Positions 18,627 through 27,767 of a stretch of 64,000 bases of DNA are shown piece after piece. A program made the translations under genes and the position numbers. Each line of letters opens with the position of its first letter. Position 1 is the stretch's first letter. Location: positions 317,232 through 381,231 of the forward strand of contig CAVTIC010000007.1 of the NCBI GenBank assembly GCA_963734685.1. Reading direction: 5' to 3'. The stretch is from an uncultured Actinomycetes bacterium (GTDB lineage Bacteria > Actinomycetota > UBA4738 > HRBIN12). The notes beneath the pieces are model-generated. The model was not told where the DNA came from. It did not search any database and saw only the letters and a program-made list of their open reading frames with translations.

Positions 18627-19801
18627 GCCGCGTACGCCGCCGTGTGTGGGAGCAGCACCGTGTCGCGCGTCGCGCACGGCACATCGATGCCGAGCTTGCG
18701 GCACACGACGTCGGCGCAGACCTCGGCCATGCCGCGCAGCGTCGTGCCCTTGCCGCCGGTGATCGTGACGAAACCTTGCACACCGTCGTCCACAGCGTGG
18801 TCGATCGTCTTGAACGTGCGCGAGAGCTCGCGGCCCGAGTCGGCGTCGTCCCGCGAGCCGATCAACGGCCGTGCCGCCGACCACGCCGAGCGGAACTCGG
18901 CCTCGCGCACCGCGGGCACGAGCAGGGAGCCTTCCTCCACCATGCGTTGCACGTGGTCGGCCGGCACACCGAGGTCGTCGGGGTCCTCGACCACCCACGA
19001 GCTGGTGCCGACGACCGAGAGGGCGCGCTGGGGCACCACGATGTCGCCGTCGCCCGAGGCGTGGAGGCGATTGATCACCATGTTGCAGAGACGACCGCGC
19101 ACCGCCAGCATCACGCCGGGGGAGGGGCGGATGGGTACGTCCACCCCGGCCATGCGCGCGACCTGTTCCGACCAGGGGCCCGTCGCGTTCACCACGAGGT
19201 CGGCCCCGATCCGTGTCTCCCGCCCGGTCACGAGATCGCGGACGCGCGCGCCCGAGACGATTCCGCCGGCGAGGTCGAGGTCGATCACGTCGACCCAGTT
19301 CAGCAGGTCTGCGCCGCTGGCCTTCGCCGTGGCGAAGAAGCGCAGCGGCATGCGCATCGCGTCCATCGTGGCGTCGGGCACGCGCACCGCGACCTTCAGT
19401 GCGGGGTTCAAGAGGGGCTCCAGGCGCAGCGCCTCGTCGGGCTGCAGCACCTGCGTGGGGATGCCGGTCCGTTCGCAGCCCTCGAGGAACGAAGGCAGGT
19501 ACGCCATGTCCTCGTCGGTCACCCCCACGAACAGGCCGTCGTTCTCCTCGAACGAGCCCGGCGCGATGCGGCGGAGCAGCATGTTCTCCTCGATGCACTC
19601 GACCGCCGATTCCTCGTCGTTCACGGCGTAGCGCGCACCGCTGTGCAGCAAGCCGTGGTGACGCCCGGTCGTGCCCGAGGTGAACTCGCCGCGTTCGACG
19701 AGCGTGACGCGCACTCCACGCAGGGCGAGATCGTGGGCGAGGGCGCCGCCGGTGCCGCCGCCGCCCACGATCAGGACGTGTGGCGCCGAGCCTCCGGTCA
19801 T
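18623..19801 (-). CDS. glpA: GlpA-type FAD-dependent glycerol-3-phosphate dehydrogenase, short form (392 aa)
   Basis: IVGGGGTG, SGTTGRHHGLLHSGARYAVND, ECIEEN..LRRIAP, VNATGPW, DGDIVVP, ITGGKGTT. Confidence 0.87.
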   Translation of the reverse strand: MTGGSAPHVLIVGGGGTGGALAHDLALRGVRVTLVERGEFTSGTTGRHHGLLHSGARYAVNDEESAVECIEENMLLRRIAPGSFEENDGLFVGVTDEDMAYLPSFLEGCERTGIPTQVLQPDEALRLEPLLNPALKVAVRVPDATMDAMRMPLRFFATAKASGADLLNWVDVIDLDLAGGIVSGARVRDLVTGRETRIGADLVVNATGPWSEQVARMAGVDVPIRPSPGVMLAVRGRLCNMVINRLHASGDGDIVVPQRALSVVGTSSWVVEDPDDLGVPADHVQRMVEEGSLLVPAVREAEFRSAWSAARPLIGSRDDADSGRELSRTFKTIDHAVDDGVQGFVTITGGKGTTLRGMAEVCADVVCRKLGIDVPCATRDTVLLPHTAAYAA

Positions 19802-20079
19802 CGACGAATCATCGCACGCGGTCCCGGCTCGGGTTCAGTCTTCGTCCTCCTCCTCGCCTCCTGCCCGCGGGCGAAATCGCCGCGTCGCGGCGTGACGGGC
19901 TGTTCGTCCTCGTCGGCCTGCCCTTCGGCGAACGTGCCCTTCGGCACCTCGTCGGGCTCGTTGTGGTCTTGCTCCTGGCCCTCGGCAAAGTCGCCGTGGG
20001 TGTCTTCGTCCGGGTCGTGATCGGCTTGTCCCTCGGCGAACGACCCCTCGTGCTCGTCGTGCTCGCGGTCTTCGGTCAT
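19798..20079 (-). CDS. Small acidic, His-containing repeat protein with four G[S/D/T]FA[E/R]GQ motifs; 3' end possibly frameshifted (alternative stop at 19835)
   Basis: Strong GAGGAGG RBS; repeats GSFAEGQ, GDFAEGQ, GTFAEGQ, GDFARGQ. Confidence 0.7.
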   Translation of the reverse strand: MTEDREHDEHEGSFAEGQADHDPDEDTHGDFAEGQEQDHNEPDEVPKGTFAEGQADEDEQPVTPRRGDFARGQEARRRTKTEPEPGPRAMIRR

Positions 20080-20119
20080 GGCGCCTCCTCTCGATCACGC
20101 TCGTCGCCTCCAGCGGCGT

Positions 20120-21616
20120 TCACTCGACCCAGTCGAACGTGCGGGTCACCGCCTTCTTCCAGTCGGCGTACTCGGACGCGACCTTGTCCTCGGACATCTG
20201 CGGCGTCCACTCCTTGTCCTTCCCCCAGTTCTGGCGCAGGTCGTCGGTGGAGCTCCAGAAACCGACGGCGAGCCCCGCCGCGTAGGCGGCGCCGAGCGCG
20301 GTCGTCTCAGCGACCTTCGGCCGGATCACCGGCACCCGCAAGCAGTCGGCCTGGAACTGCATCAGCAGGTCGTTGTAGACCATGCCGCCGTCGACCTTCA
20401 GCTCCTTGAGGGTGACGCCAGAGTCGGCCTCCATCGCGTCGAGCACCTCGCGGGTCTGCCAGGCCGTGGCCTCCAGGGTCGCCCGCGCCACGTGCCCCTT
20501 GTTCACGTAGCGCGTGAGGCCGACGATCACACCGCGTGCGTCGCCTCGCCAGTACGGAGCGAACAGGCCCGAGAACGCCGGCACGAAGTAGATGCCCCCG
20601 TTGTCCTCCACCGTCGCCGCCAGCTCCTCCACCTCCTCCGACGTGCTGATCAGGCCCAGGTTGTCGCGGAGCCACTGCACGAGCGCGCCGGTGATGGCGA
20701 TGGCGCCTTCCAGGCAGTACACGGCCGGCGCGTCGCCGAGCTTCCAGCCGACCGTCGTCAGCAGCCCGCTCTTGGATTGGACGATGTCGGTGCCGGTGTT
20801 GAGCAGCATGAAGTTGCCGGTGCCGTAGGTGTTCTTCGCATCGCCCACGTCGTAGGCGGCCTGCCCGAACGTCGCGGCCTGCTGATCGCCGAGGTCACCG
20901 GCCACCGGGATGCCGGCGAGCGTCCCCTTCGCCTCGGCGTAGACGGCCGACGAGGGCTCGATCGAGGGGAGCATCGAGCGCGGGACGCCGATCGCCGAGA
21001 GCAGGTCGTCGTCCCAGTCGAGCGTCTCGAGGTTCATCAGCATCGTGCGGCTCGCGTTGGTGACGTCGGTCACGTGCCGCCCGCCATCGATGCCGCCCGT
21101 CAGGTTCCAGATGCACCACGTGTCCATGTTGCCGAACATCAGGTCTCCGGCCTCGGCCCGCGCCCGAACCCCTTCGACGTTGTCGAGGATCCATCGGACC
21201 TTCGTGCCCGAGAAATACGTGGCGAGCGGAAGGCCGGTCCTCTCGCGGAACCGGTCCTGGCCGCCGTCGGCAGCCAGCTCGTCCACGAGGCCCTGCTGAC
21301 GGGTGTCCTGCCAGACGAGCGCGTTGTGCACCGGCTCGCCGGTCGCACGATCCCAGACGAGCGCGGTCTCGCGTTGGTTCGTGATGCCCACGGCGGCGAG
21401 GTCGCTCGCGGCGATCCCCGACTTCTGGAGGGCGCCGTCGATCACCTGGGTTGCTCGGGTCCAGACCTCGTTGGCATCGTGCTCGACCCACCCCGGCTTC
21501 GGGAAGATCTGCTCGTGCTCCTTCTGGTCGATGCCGACCACCTGACCGCCGTGGTCGAAGATCATGAAGCGTGTGCTGGTCGTGCCCTGGTCGAGAGCAC
21601 CGACGTAGTCAGCCAT
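20120..21616 (-). CDS. glpK: Glycerol kinase
   Basis: [62 protein letters not shown]. Confidence 0.97.
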   Translation of the reverse strand: MADYVGALDQGTTSTRFMIFDHGGQVVGIDQKEHEQIFPKPGWVEHDANEVWTRATQVIDGALQKSGIAASDLAAVGITNQRETALVWDRATGEPVHNALVWQDTRQQGLVDELAADGGQDRFRERTGLPLATYFSGTKVRWILDNVEGVRARAEAGDLMFGNMDTWCIWNLTGGIDGGRHVTDVTNASRTMLMNLETLDWDDDLLSAIGVPRSMLPSIEPSSAVYAEAKGTLAGIPVAGDLGDQQAATFGQAAYDVGDAKNTYGTGNFMLLNTGTDIVQSKSGLLTTVGWKLGDAPAVYCLEGAIAITGALVQWLRDNLGLISTSEEVEELAATVEDNGGIYFVPAFSGLFAPYWRGDARGVIVGLTRYVNKGHVARATLEATAWQTREVLDAMEADSGVTLKELKVDGGMVYNDLLMQFQADCLRVPVIRPKVAETTALGAAYAAGLAVGFWSSTDDLRQNWGKDKEWTPQMSEDKVASEYADWKKAVTRTFDWVE

Positions 21617-21633
21617 CTGGGCCTCCTCCGATG

Positions 21634-22285
21634 TCAGGCGTCGCCGACCCAAGTGTCGGCGACGGTACGCAACAACAGGTAGCTCGAGGTCGCGCCGGGG
21701 TCTTGATGCCCGGCGCTGCGTTCTCCGAGGTAGCTTGCTCGGCCCTTCCGAGCCACGAGCGGGATCGTGGCCGTCATCCCTTCCTCAGCGGCGTCGGCCG
21801 AGCGACGGAGCGCCGCGGGCAGCTCCGCTCCGTCTGCGACCGCGGCGGCGAACGCGTCACGGCCGGGGATCAGCGCGTCGACCATCGTCTTGTCACCGGG
21901 CTCCGCCTTGCCCCGTGCCTGCACGCCCGAGACCGCGGCGGCGAGCGCAGCCGACCAATCGTCGGGCGTGATCTCGCTCTTGCCGGCCGTGGCGACGCCC
22001 AGCTGCAGGAACAACGTGCCGTACAGGGGCCCACCGGCCCCGCCCACCGTCGAGACGAGGGTCATGCCGACGGTCTTGAAGAGGGCGCCGATGTCGCCGG
22101 GTGGCGCCGAATCCAGCTTTGGCGAGCACCGCCTGGAATCCACGGTCCATGTTGATGCCGTGGTCGGCGTCGCCGATCGCGGAGTCCAGCTCGGTGAGGT
22201 ATGCCTTGTTCTCCGCGATCGTGGCAGCGTACGTCTTCAGCCACACGACCACATCGTCGTAGGGGACACCCATGCCCTCGCTCAT
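21634..22285 (-). CDS. dhaL: Dihydroxyacetone kinase ADP-binding subunit L, with an extra-base frameshift at about 22118-22120 (probable assembly error)
   Basis: [18 protein letters not shown] in one frame; [39 protein letters not shown] in the next; extra A in gccAAAgctg. Confidence 0.88.
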
Positions 22286-22331
22286 GCCGGCGTACACCCT
22301 CCCGTTCCGCCGCCCGCCATGGGCGGGGGGT

Positions 22332-23333
22332 TCAGACCCCCCACCGCAGGCCGGCCGTCTTCACCGGAGCGTCCCACAGCTGCGTGAAGTCGTCGTTCAG
22401 CTTCAGCAGCGTGATCGAGCATCCGGCCATCTCGAGCGAGGTGATGTACGAGCCGATCAGGTTCCGCGAGATCGTGATGCCCCGACCCGACAGGAACTTG
22501 TTGAGCTCGTTGAAGACGATGTACAGCTCGATCATCGGCGTGCCGCCCATGCCGTTCACGAACGCCAGCACCTGGTCGCCCGAGCTGAACGGAAGGTCGC
22601 CGACGATCGCGGTCGCCATCATGTCGACGATCTCCGAGGCTTGCTTCATCTTCATGCGCTCGCGCCCGGGCTCGCCGTGGATGCCCACGCCCATCTCGAT
22701 CTCGTCGTCGCCGAGCTCGAAGGTGGGTGTGCCCGCCGCCGGCACGGTGCACGACGTGAGCGCCATGCCCATCGAACGGCCGTTGGCGTTCACCTCGCGG
22801 CAGATGTCGGCGACCTCCTTCAGGGGCCGCTTCTGTTCGGCGGCCGCGCCGGCGATCTTCTCCATCAGCACGGTCGTGCCGACGCCGCGGCGACCCGCCG
22901 TGTACAGCGAGTCCTGCACGGCCACGTCGTCGTCGACGACGACCGACTCGACGTCGATGCCCTCGGCGCGGCAGAGCTCCGCCGCCATCTCGAAGTTCAT
23001 GACGTCACCGGTGTAGTTCTTCACGATGTGCACCACGCCGGCGCCGCCGTCGACGGCCTTCGTGGCCGCTTCCATCTGGTCGGGGGTGGGAGAGGTGAAG
23101 ACCTCGCCGGGGCAAGCCGCGTCGAGCATGCCGGCGCCGACGAACCCGCCGTGCATCGGCTCGTGTCCGGACCCTCCACCCGAGATCAGGGCCACCTTGC
23201 CCCGCACGGGGGCGTCGGCCCGGGTGATGGAGTACGGATCGTAGGAGACCTTGACGAGGTCAGGGTGCGCCGCCTCGATGCCCTGGAGCTCCTCCCGGAC
23301 GACGTTCGCCGGGTCGTTGATCAGCTTCTTCAT
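22332..23333 (-). CDS. dhaK: Dihydroxyacetone kinase substrate-binding subunit K
   Basis: [47 protein letters not shown]. Confidence 0.97.
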   Translation of the reverse strand: MKKLINDPANVVREELQGIEAAHPDLVKVSYDPYSITRADAPVRGKVALISGGGSGHEPMHGGFVGAGMLDAACPGEVFTSPTPDQMEAATKAVDGGAGVVHIVKNYTGDVMNFEMAAELCRAEGIDVESVVVDDDVAVQDSLYTAGRRGVGTTVLMEKIAGAAAEQKRPLKEVADICREVNANGRSMGMALTSCTVPAAGTPTFELGDDEIEMGVGIHGEPGRERMKMKQASEIVDMMATAIVGDLPFSSGDQVLAFVNGMGGTPMIELYIVFNELNKFLSGRGITISRNLIGSYITSLEMAGCSITLLKLNDDFTQLWDAPVKTAGLRWGV

Positions 23334-23360
23334 GCGTACCTCGCTTCCCGTCTGGAGGGG

Positions 23361-23391
23361 CGGCGGGAGGGCTCACGGGACCCTCCCGCCG
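23361..23391. other. 11-bp perfect stem-loop between glpF and dhaK (intra-operon structure, no U-tract)
   Basis: CGGCGGGAGGG-N9-CCCTCCCGCCG. Confidence 0.5.
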
Positions 23392-23397
23392 ACGTCG

Positions 23398-24144
23398 CTA
23401 GAGCTCGAAGATCGCCTTCGCCGCGAGCGCCCCGAGCACTCCGCCGATGACCGGCCCGACGACCGGGATCCACGAGTAGGCCCAGTCGGAGCTGCCCTTG
23501 CCGGCGATCGGCAGGATCGCGTGCATGATGCGCGGCCCGAGGTCGCGGGCCGGGTTGATCGCGTACCCGGTCGGTCCGCCGAGCGACAGGCCGATGACGA
23601 GCACCAGCAGGCCGACGGGCAGAGCGCCGGTCGCGAGCCATCCGCCGGCGGCGACGTCTTCGCCGAAGGCCTGCGGCACGATCGCGAGGATCCCGAAGAC
23701 CAGCATGAATGTGCCGACGATCTCGGTGATCAGGTTCGCAGCCGTGTTGCGGATCGCGGGCCCGGTCGAGAAGACCGCGAGCTTGAGGCCCGCGTCGTCG
23801 GTGTCGGCCCAGTGCACGAGGTATGAGAGGTACACCAGCAAGGCACCGATCGCCGCGCCGAGGAACTGACCTGCGATCAGCGTCGGCACGTCGCTCCACT
23901 CGACCAGGTCGATCGAGGCAAGGCCGATCGTGACGGCGGGGTTCAGGTGCGCGACGCCGCCGCTCACCGCGACGCTCGCCAGCACCCCCATGAAGACCGC
24001 CATGCCCCACGCCCAGGTGATGACGATCCACCCGCCGTTCTGCGCCTTGGACTTGTTCAGAAGCACCCCGGCGACGACCCCGTCGCCGAGCAAGATCAGC
24101 ACCGCGGTGCCGACCACCTCTCCTTGGAACATCTGAGCGACCAC
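23398..24144 (-). CDS. glpF: Glycerol uptake facilitator (MIP family aquaglyceroporin)
   Basis: SGGVAHLNPAVT and GYAINPARDLGPR (aquaglyceroporin NPARD); start 24144 or 24132. Confidence 0.95.
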   Translation of the reverse strand: MVAQMFQGEVVGTAVLILLGDGVVAGVLLNKSKAQNGGWIVITWAWGMAVFMGVLASVAVSGGVAHLNPAVTIGLASIDLVEWSDVPTLIAGQFLGAAIGALLVYLSYLVHWADTDDAGLKLAVFSTGPAIRNTAANLITEIVGTFMLVFGILAIVPQAFGEDVAAGGWLATGALPVGLLVLVIGLSLGGPTGYAINPARDLGPRIMHAILPIAGKGSSDWAYSWIPVVGPVIGGVLGALAAKAIFEL

Positions 24145-24257
24145 CCCCTCCGTACCGGGTCCCACCGTCGGGACCGTGTCGAGGTGAGCCAACTCCGTTC
24201 GTAATGAGATGTCAATAGTTCGAAAACATCGCATCTCTCTCGACATGACACAACAAC

Positions 24258-24274
24258 GTTCGGTATCGTCGAAC
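24258..24274. promoter_or_regulatory. Candidate GylR (IclR) operator in the divergent glp promoter region
   Basis: Palindrome GTTCG-gtatcgt-CGAAC; degenerate copy at 24218-24234; TTGACA on both strands (24210-24215 minus, 24291-24296 plus). Confidence 0.6.
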
Positions 24275-24368
24275 ATGCCGTGCACGAGATTTGACACCAC
24301 TAGGGGGCGGTTCGATGGTGACGGCGTTGACAGAGCGACCTGATCACGGGCCCGGGAGGATGTTCGAC

Positions 24369-25004
24369 GTGTACGACGACACCACGATCCGCCGGTGGGT
24401 GCGTGGGTGCGCCGACGAGGTCGCGGCGAACCGAGACTTCCTCACGCAGCTCGACGCGGCGATCGGTGACGCCGACCACGGCATCAACATGGACCGCGGC
24501 TTCTCGGCGGCCGTCACCGACCTCGATGCCACCACCGATCTGCCCGCCGGCGAGCTCTTGATCCGGGTCGGCGGAACGTTGATCTACCGCGTGGGCGGGG
24601 CGGCCGGGCCGCTGTTCGGCACCTGCCTGCGCCGGGCGGGTGAGTCGTTCGGCGACGCCGGCGAGTTCGATGCCGAGGACCTATTGAAGGCATTGCGAGC
24701 CGGCCTGGACGGCATCCAGGGGCTGGGGGCGGCAGAGGAGGGCGACAAGACGATCGTCGACGCGTATGCGCCGGCCCTCGCAGCCTTCGAACGGGAGCTG
24801 CGGGCGGGAGGTGACGGAGCGTCGGCCTCGCGCAAGGCGGCCGATGCAGCCCGCGATGGGGTTCGCGCCACCGTGCCGATGCAGGCGCGGAAGGGGCGGG
24901 CGTCGTACCTCGGGCCGCGCAGCGTGGGGCATCAGGATCCGGGGGCCACCTCGACCGCGTACCTGTTCGGGGCGCTCGCGCGATCGCTGGACGGTGATCG
25001 TTGA
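24369..25004 (+). CDS. dhaL: Second DhaL paralog
   Basis: [56 protein letters not shown]; start 24369 or 24360. Confidence 0.88.
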   Translation: MYDDTTIRRWVRGCADEVAANRDFLTQLDAAIGDADHGINMDRGFSAAVTDLDATTDLPAGELLIRVGGTLIYRVGGAAGPLFGTCLRRAGESFGDAGEFDAEDLLKALRAGLDGIQGLGAAEEGDKTIVDAYAPALAAFERELRAGGDGASASRKAADAARDGVRATVPMQARKGRASYLGPRSVGHQDPGATSTAYLFGALARSLDGDR

Positions 25005-25813
25005 CCGGGGAGACACCGCGCCGAGGCACGATCCAATCGGTCGAGCGCGCGGCCCGCATCCTCAAGGCGCTCGGCACGGGTACGTCGCGCATGGGCGTCA
25101 CCGAGATCGCCGAGCGTCTCGGGCTCGCGAAGGGCACGGTCTACGGGCTGCTGCGAACCCTCGAGACACAGGAGCTCGTCGAGCAGGACCCCGAGACCGA
25201 CAAGTACCGGTTGGGGCCGGCGATGCTGCAGCTCGGGAACGCGTTCCTCGACAACCACGAGCTCCGTGCCCGGTCGCTGCTCTGGGCGGACTCGCTCGCG
25301 TCGCGGACGGGAGAGGCCGTGCGTGTCGGTGTGCTCCACGGACCGAACGTGCTGATCGTGCACCACGTCTTCAGGCCGGACAACTCGGTGCAGATCCTCG
25401 AGGTGGGCGCGTCGATCCCGTGGCACGCCTGCGCCCTCGGCAAGGCCATCGTGGCGTTCCTCCCGGCGGCGACGCGAGATGTCCTGCTCGGGTCCGAGCT
25501 GATGCCGCTCACGGGGAGGACCGTGACCGACCCGGAGGCGCTCGAGGCCGCGCTGACCGCGGTCTCCCAGGACGGCACCGCCCTCGAGGACGAGGAAGCG
25601 ATCGTCGGCGAGGCCGAGATCGCCGCACCGGTCTTCGACGACCGGGGTCATTCCGTCGGCGCGATCGGTGTCGTGGGTCCGGTCGAGCGGCTCCTCCCCG
25701 AGGGCCGGCAGGCCGCCGCAGTGGTCGCGGCGGTACGGGAGACCTCGCGAGGGCTCTCGCGCGACATGGGCGCCGGGCGGACCGGCGCGCGCAGAGGCGC
25801 CGCGCGACGGTAG
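25001..25813 (+). CDS. gylR: IclR-family glycerol operon regulator (GylR-like)
   Basis: IQSVERAARIL, GLAKGTVYGLLRTL, VHHVFRPDNSVQILEVG, HACALGK; adjacent to the glp genes. Confidence 0.88.
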   Translation: MTGETPRRGTIQSVERAARILKALGTGTSRMGVTEIAERLGLAKGTVYGLLRTLETQELVEQDPETDKYRLGPAMLQLGNAFLDNHELRARSLLWADSLASRTGEAVRVGVLHGPNVLIVHHVFRPDNSVQILEVGASIPWHACALGKAIVAFLPAATRDVLLGSELMPLTGRTVTDPEALEAALTAVSQDGTALEDEEAIVGEAEIAAPVFDDRGHSVGAIGVVGPVERLLPEGRQAAAVVAAVRETSRGLSRDMGAGRTGARRGAARR

Positions 25814-25858
25814 GACTCGGCGGCGGCGTCGGGGTGCGACGATAGGCTGCGCCCACCG

Positions 25859-26885
25859 ATGAACGGTTCGCCCAAGTACGTCACGGTCGAGGATTACCTT
25901 CCGGTTGCGCGCGCCGCGGTGGCGCCCGACGTCTGGGGCTACTACGAGGGCGGTGCCGGCGACGAGTGGACGCTCGAGGAGAACCGCCGTGCCTTCGACC
26001 GATGGATGCTGCGCCCACGGTTCCTCCGGGGCGCCGGTTCACCCGACACCTCGACGACCGTGCTCGGCTCGCCGATCCGGTTCCCGGTCGCGGTGGCGCC
26101 GTGGGCCTATCAGCGCCTCGCGCATCCGGACGGAGAGCTCGCCACCGCCCGAGCGGCGGCTGCCGCCGGCACGGTGATGATCGTCTCGTCGACCACCGAG
26201 TCGTACCTCGAGGAGGTCGCCGCCGCGAGCCACGGACCGAAGTGGTGGCAGCTCTACGTTGCGGAGGATCGCGGGTTCACCGAGGCGATGCTCGAGCGCG
26301 TGGTGGCGGCCGGCTACGGGGCGATCTGTTGGACCGTCGACTTCGTCGTGAACGGGCTCCGCCACCGTGACACGCGCAGCGGTTTCGTGATGCCGATCGG
26401 CATCGGCGCGAGCGACTACCTATTCGACGGGTCGGTCACCTGGGGCGACCTCGGCTGGATCAAGGACCGAGCTCCCGGGTTTGCCGGTGGTGGTGAAGGG
26501 CCTGCTCACGGCCGAGGACGCCGAGCTTGCGGTGCAAGCGGGGGCCGACGCCATCGTCGTCTCGAACCACGGCGGGCGTCAGCTCGACCGGTCTCCCGCG
26601 GGGCTCGAGGCCCTGCCCGAGGTGGCGGCCCAGGTCTCCGGCCGCGTGCCGGTGCTCATGGACGGCGGCGTGCGGAGCGGCACCGATGTGCTCACCGCCG
26701 TGGCTCTCGGCGCCTCGGCGGTGCTCGTCGGGCGCCCGACGATCTGGGGCCTGGCCGCCGAGGGGGAAGTGGGCGTCGCCGGCGTGCTCGAGATCCTGCG
26801 TTCGGAGTTCGAGAACGCGATGGCGCTCACCGGGTGCCGCTCGGTCGACGAGATCGGCCCTGCGCTCGTCACGCCTGCGCCCTGA
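25859..26885 (+). CDS. FMN-dependent alpha-hydroxy acid oxidase/dehydrogenase, with an extra-base frameshift at about 26478-26482
   Basis: [27 protein letters not shown] in frame 1; [27 protein letters not shown] in frame 2. Confidence 0.88.
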
Positions 26886-26927
26886 CGGGTAGGTCGGTTC
26901 CGACGCGCCGTCTGGGAGCATCGGGGT

Positions 26928-27758
26928 ATGAACGGATACGACCTGCACACGCATTCCACGTTCAGCGACGGCACCGAGACCCCAACGCACAACGTGCATC
27001 TGGCCCGTGAGCGCGGCATCGTGGGCATCGGTGTCACCGACCACGACACGTTCGCCGGCCTCGATGAAGCCGAGGCCGCCGGGGACGAGGCCGGCGTCGA
27101 GATCGTGCCCGGGATCGAGTTCTCGGCCGAGTACGACGGTGCCAGCCTGCATGTGCTCGGCTACTGGGTGGACCCGACGCACGAAGCACTCCGAGAGGAG
27201 CTACGCCGGCTCACCGACACCCGCTTCCGCCGCGGCGAGATGATGGTCGAGAAGCTCCAGGACGCCGGCTACGAGATCTCGTTCGAGAACGTCAGGCGCA
27301 TCGCCGGCGACGATCTGATCGCCCGCCCGCACGTGGCCCAGGCGATGGTCGAGGCCGGCATCGTCGAGACCGAGAAGGAAGCGTTCGACCGCTACATCGC
27401 CGACGGGGGCGTCGCGTACGTGCCCAAGCACGCCCTGGACCCGGTCGACGCCCTGCGCTTGATCGGCGACGCCGGCGGCGTCTGCGTGCTTGCGCATCCC
27501 GCGATGTGGAAGGGGAACGGCGCGGTGCCCGACGAGCTGATCGAGCGGATGGCCGACGGCGGCATGGTCGGGCTCGAGGTCGACCATCCCGACCACGACG
27601 CTGACACCCGCGCATACTACCGGGCGATGGCCGAGCGCCTCGACCTCGTGCCGACCGGATCGAGCGACTGCCATGGCGCGCGCTACGAGTTCCGGCTCGG
27701 GTGCGACACGACGCCCGCGGAGCTGGTCGACGAGCTGAAGCGTCGCGCGGGCCGATAG
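26928..27758 (+). CDS. PHP-domain metal-dependent phosphoesterase (TrpH/YciV-like)
   Basis: DLHTHSTFSDG, TDHDT, GIEFS, RPHVA, LAHP, GSSDCHG. Confidence 0.9.
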   Translation: MNGYDLHTHSTFSDGTETPTHNVHLARERGIVGIGVTDHDTFAGLDEAEAAGDEAGVEIVPGIEFSAEYDGASLHVLGYWVDPTHEALREELRRLTDTRFRRGEMMVEKLQDAGYEISFENVRRIAGDDLIARPHVAQAMVEAGIVETEKEAFDRYIADGGVAYVPKHALDPVDALRLIGDAGGVCVLAHPAMWKGNGAVPDELIERMADGGMVGLEVDHPDHDADTRAYYRAMAERLDLVPTGSSDCHGARYEFRLGCDTTPAELVDELKRRAGR

Positions 27759-27767
27759 GGGCGGTCC

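Noticed and set aside
14487-19598. Apparent giant or fused ORFs from upstream extensions (1048 aa DhaM, 576 aa SdhB; also 999 aa TldE, 705 aa ArgC, 991 aa LigD)
   Set aside because: The extensions overlap real upstream genes in other frames; family homology begins at internal starts with RBS or stop/start overlaps.
22110-22125. Programmed ribosomal frameshift in dhaL
   Set aside because: There is no canonical slippery heptamer, and similar homopolymer indels elsewhere point to sequencing error.
22310-22330. Hairpin between dhaK and dhaL as a terminator
   Set aside because: It is only a 6-bp GC stem without a U-tract, which is expected by chance at this GC content.
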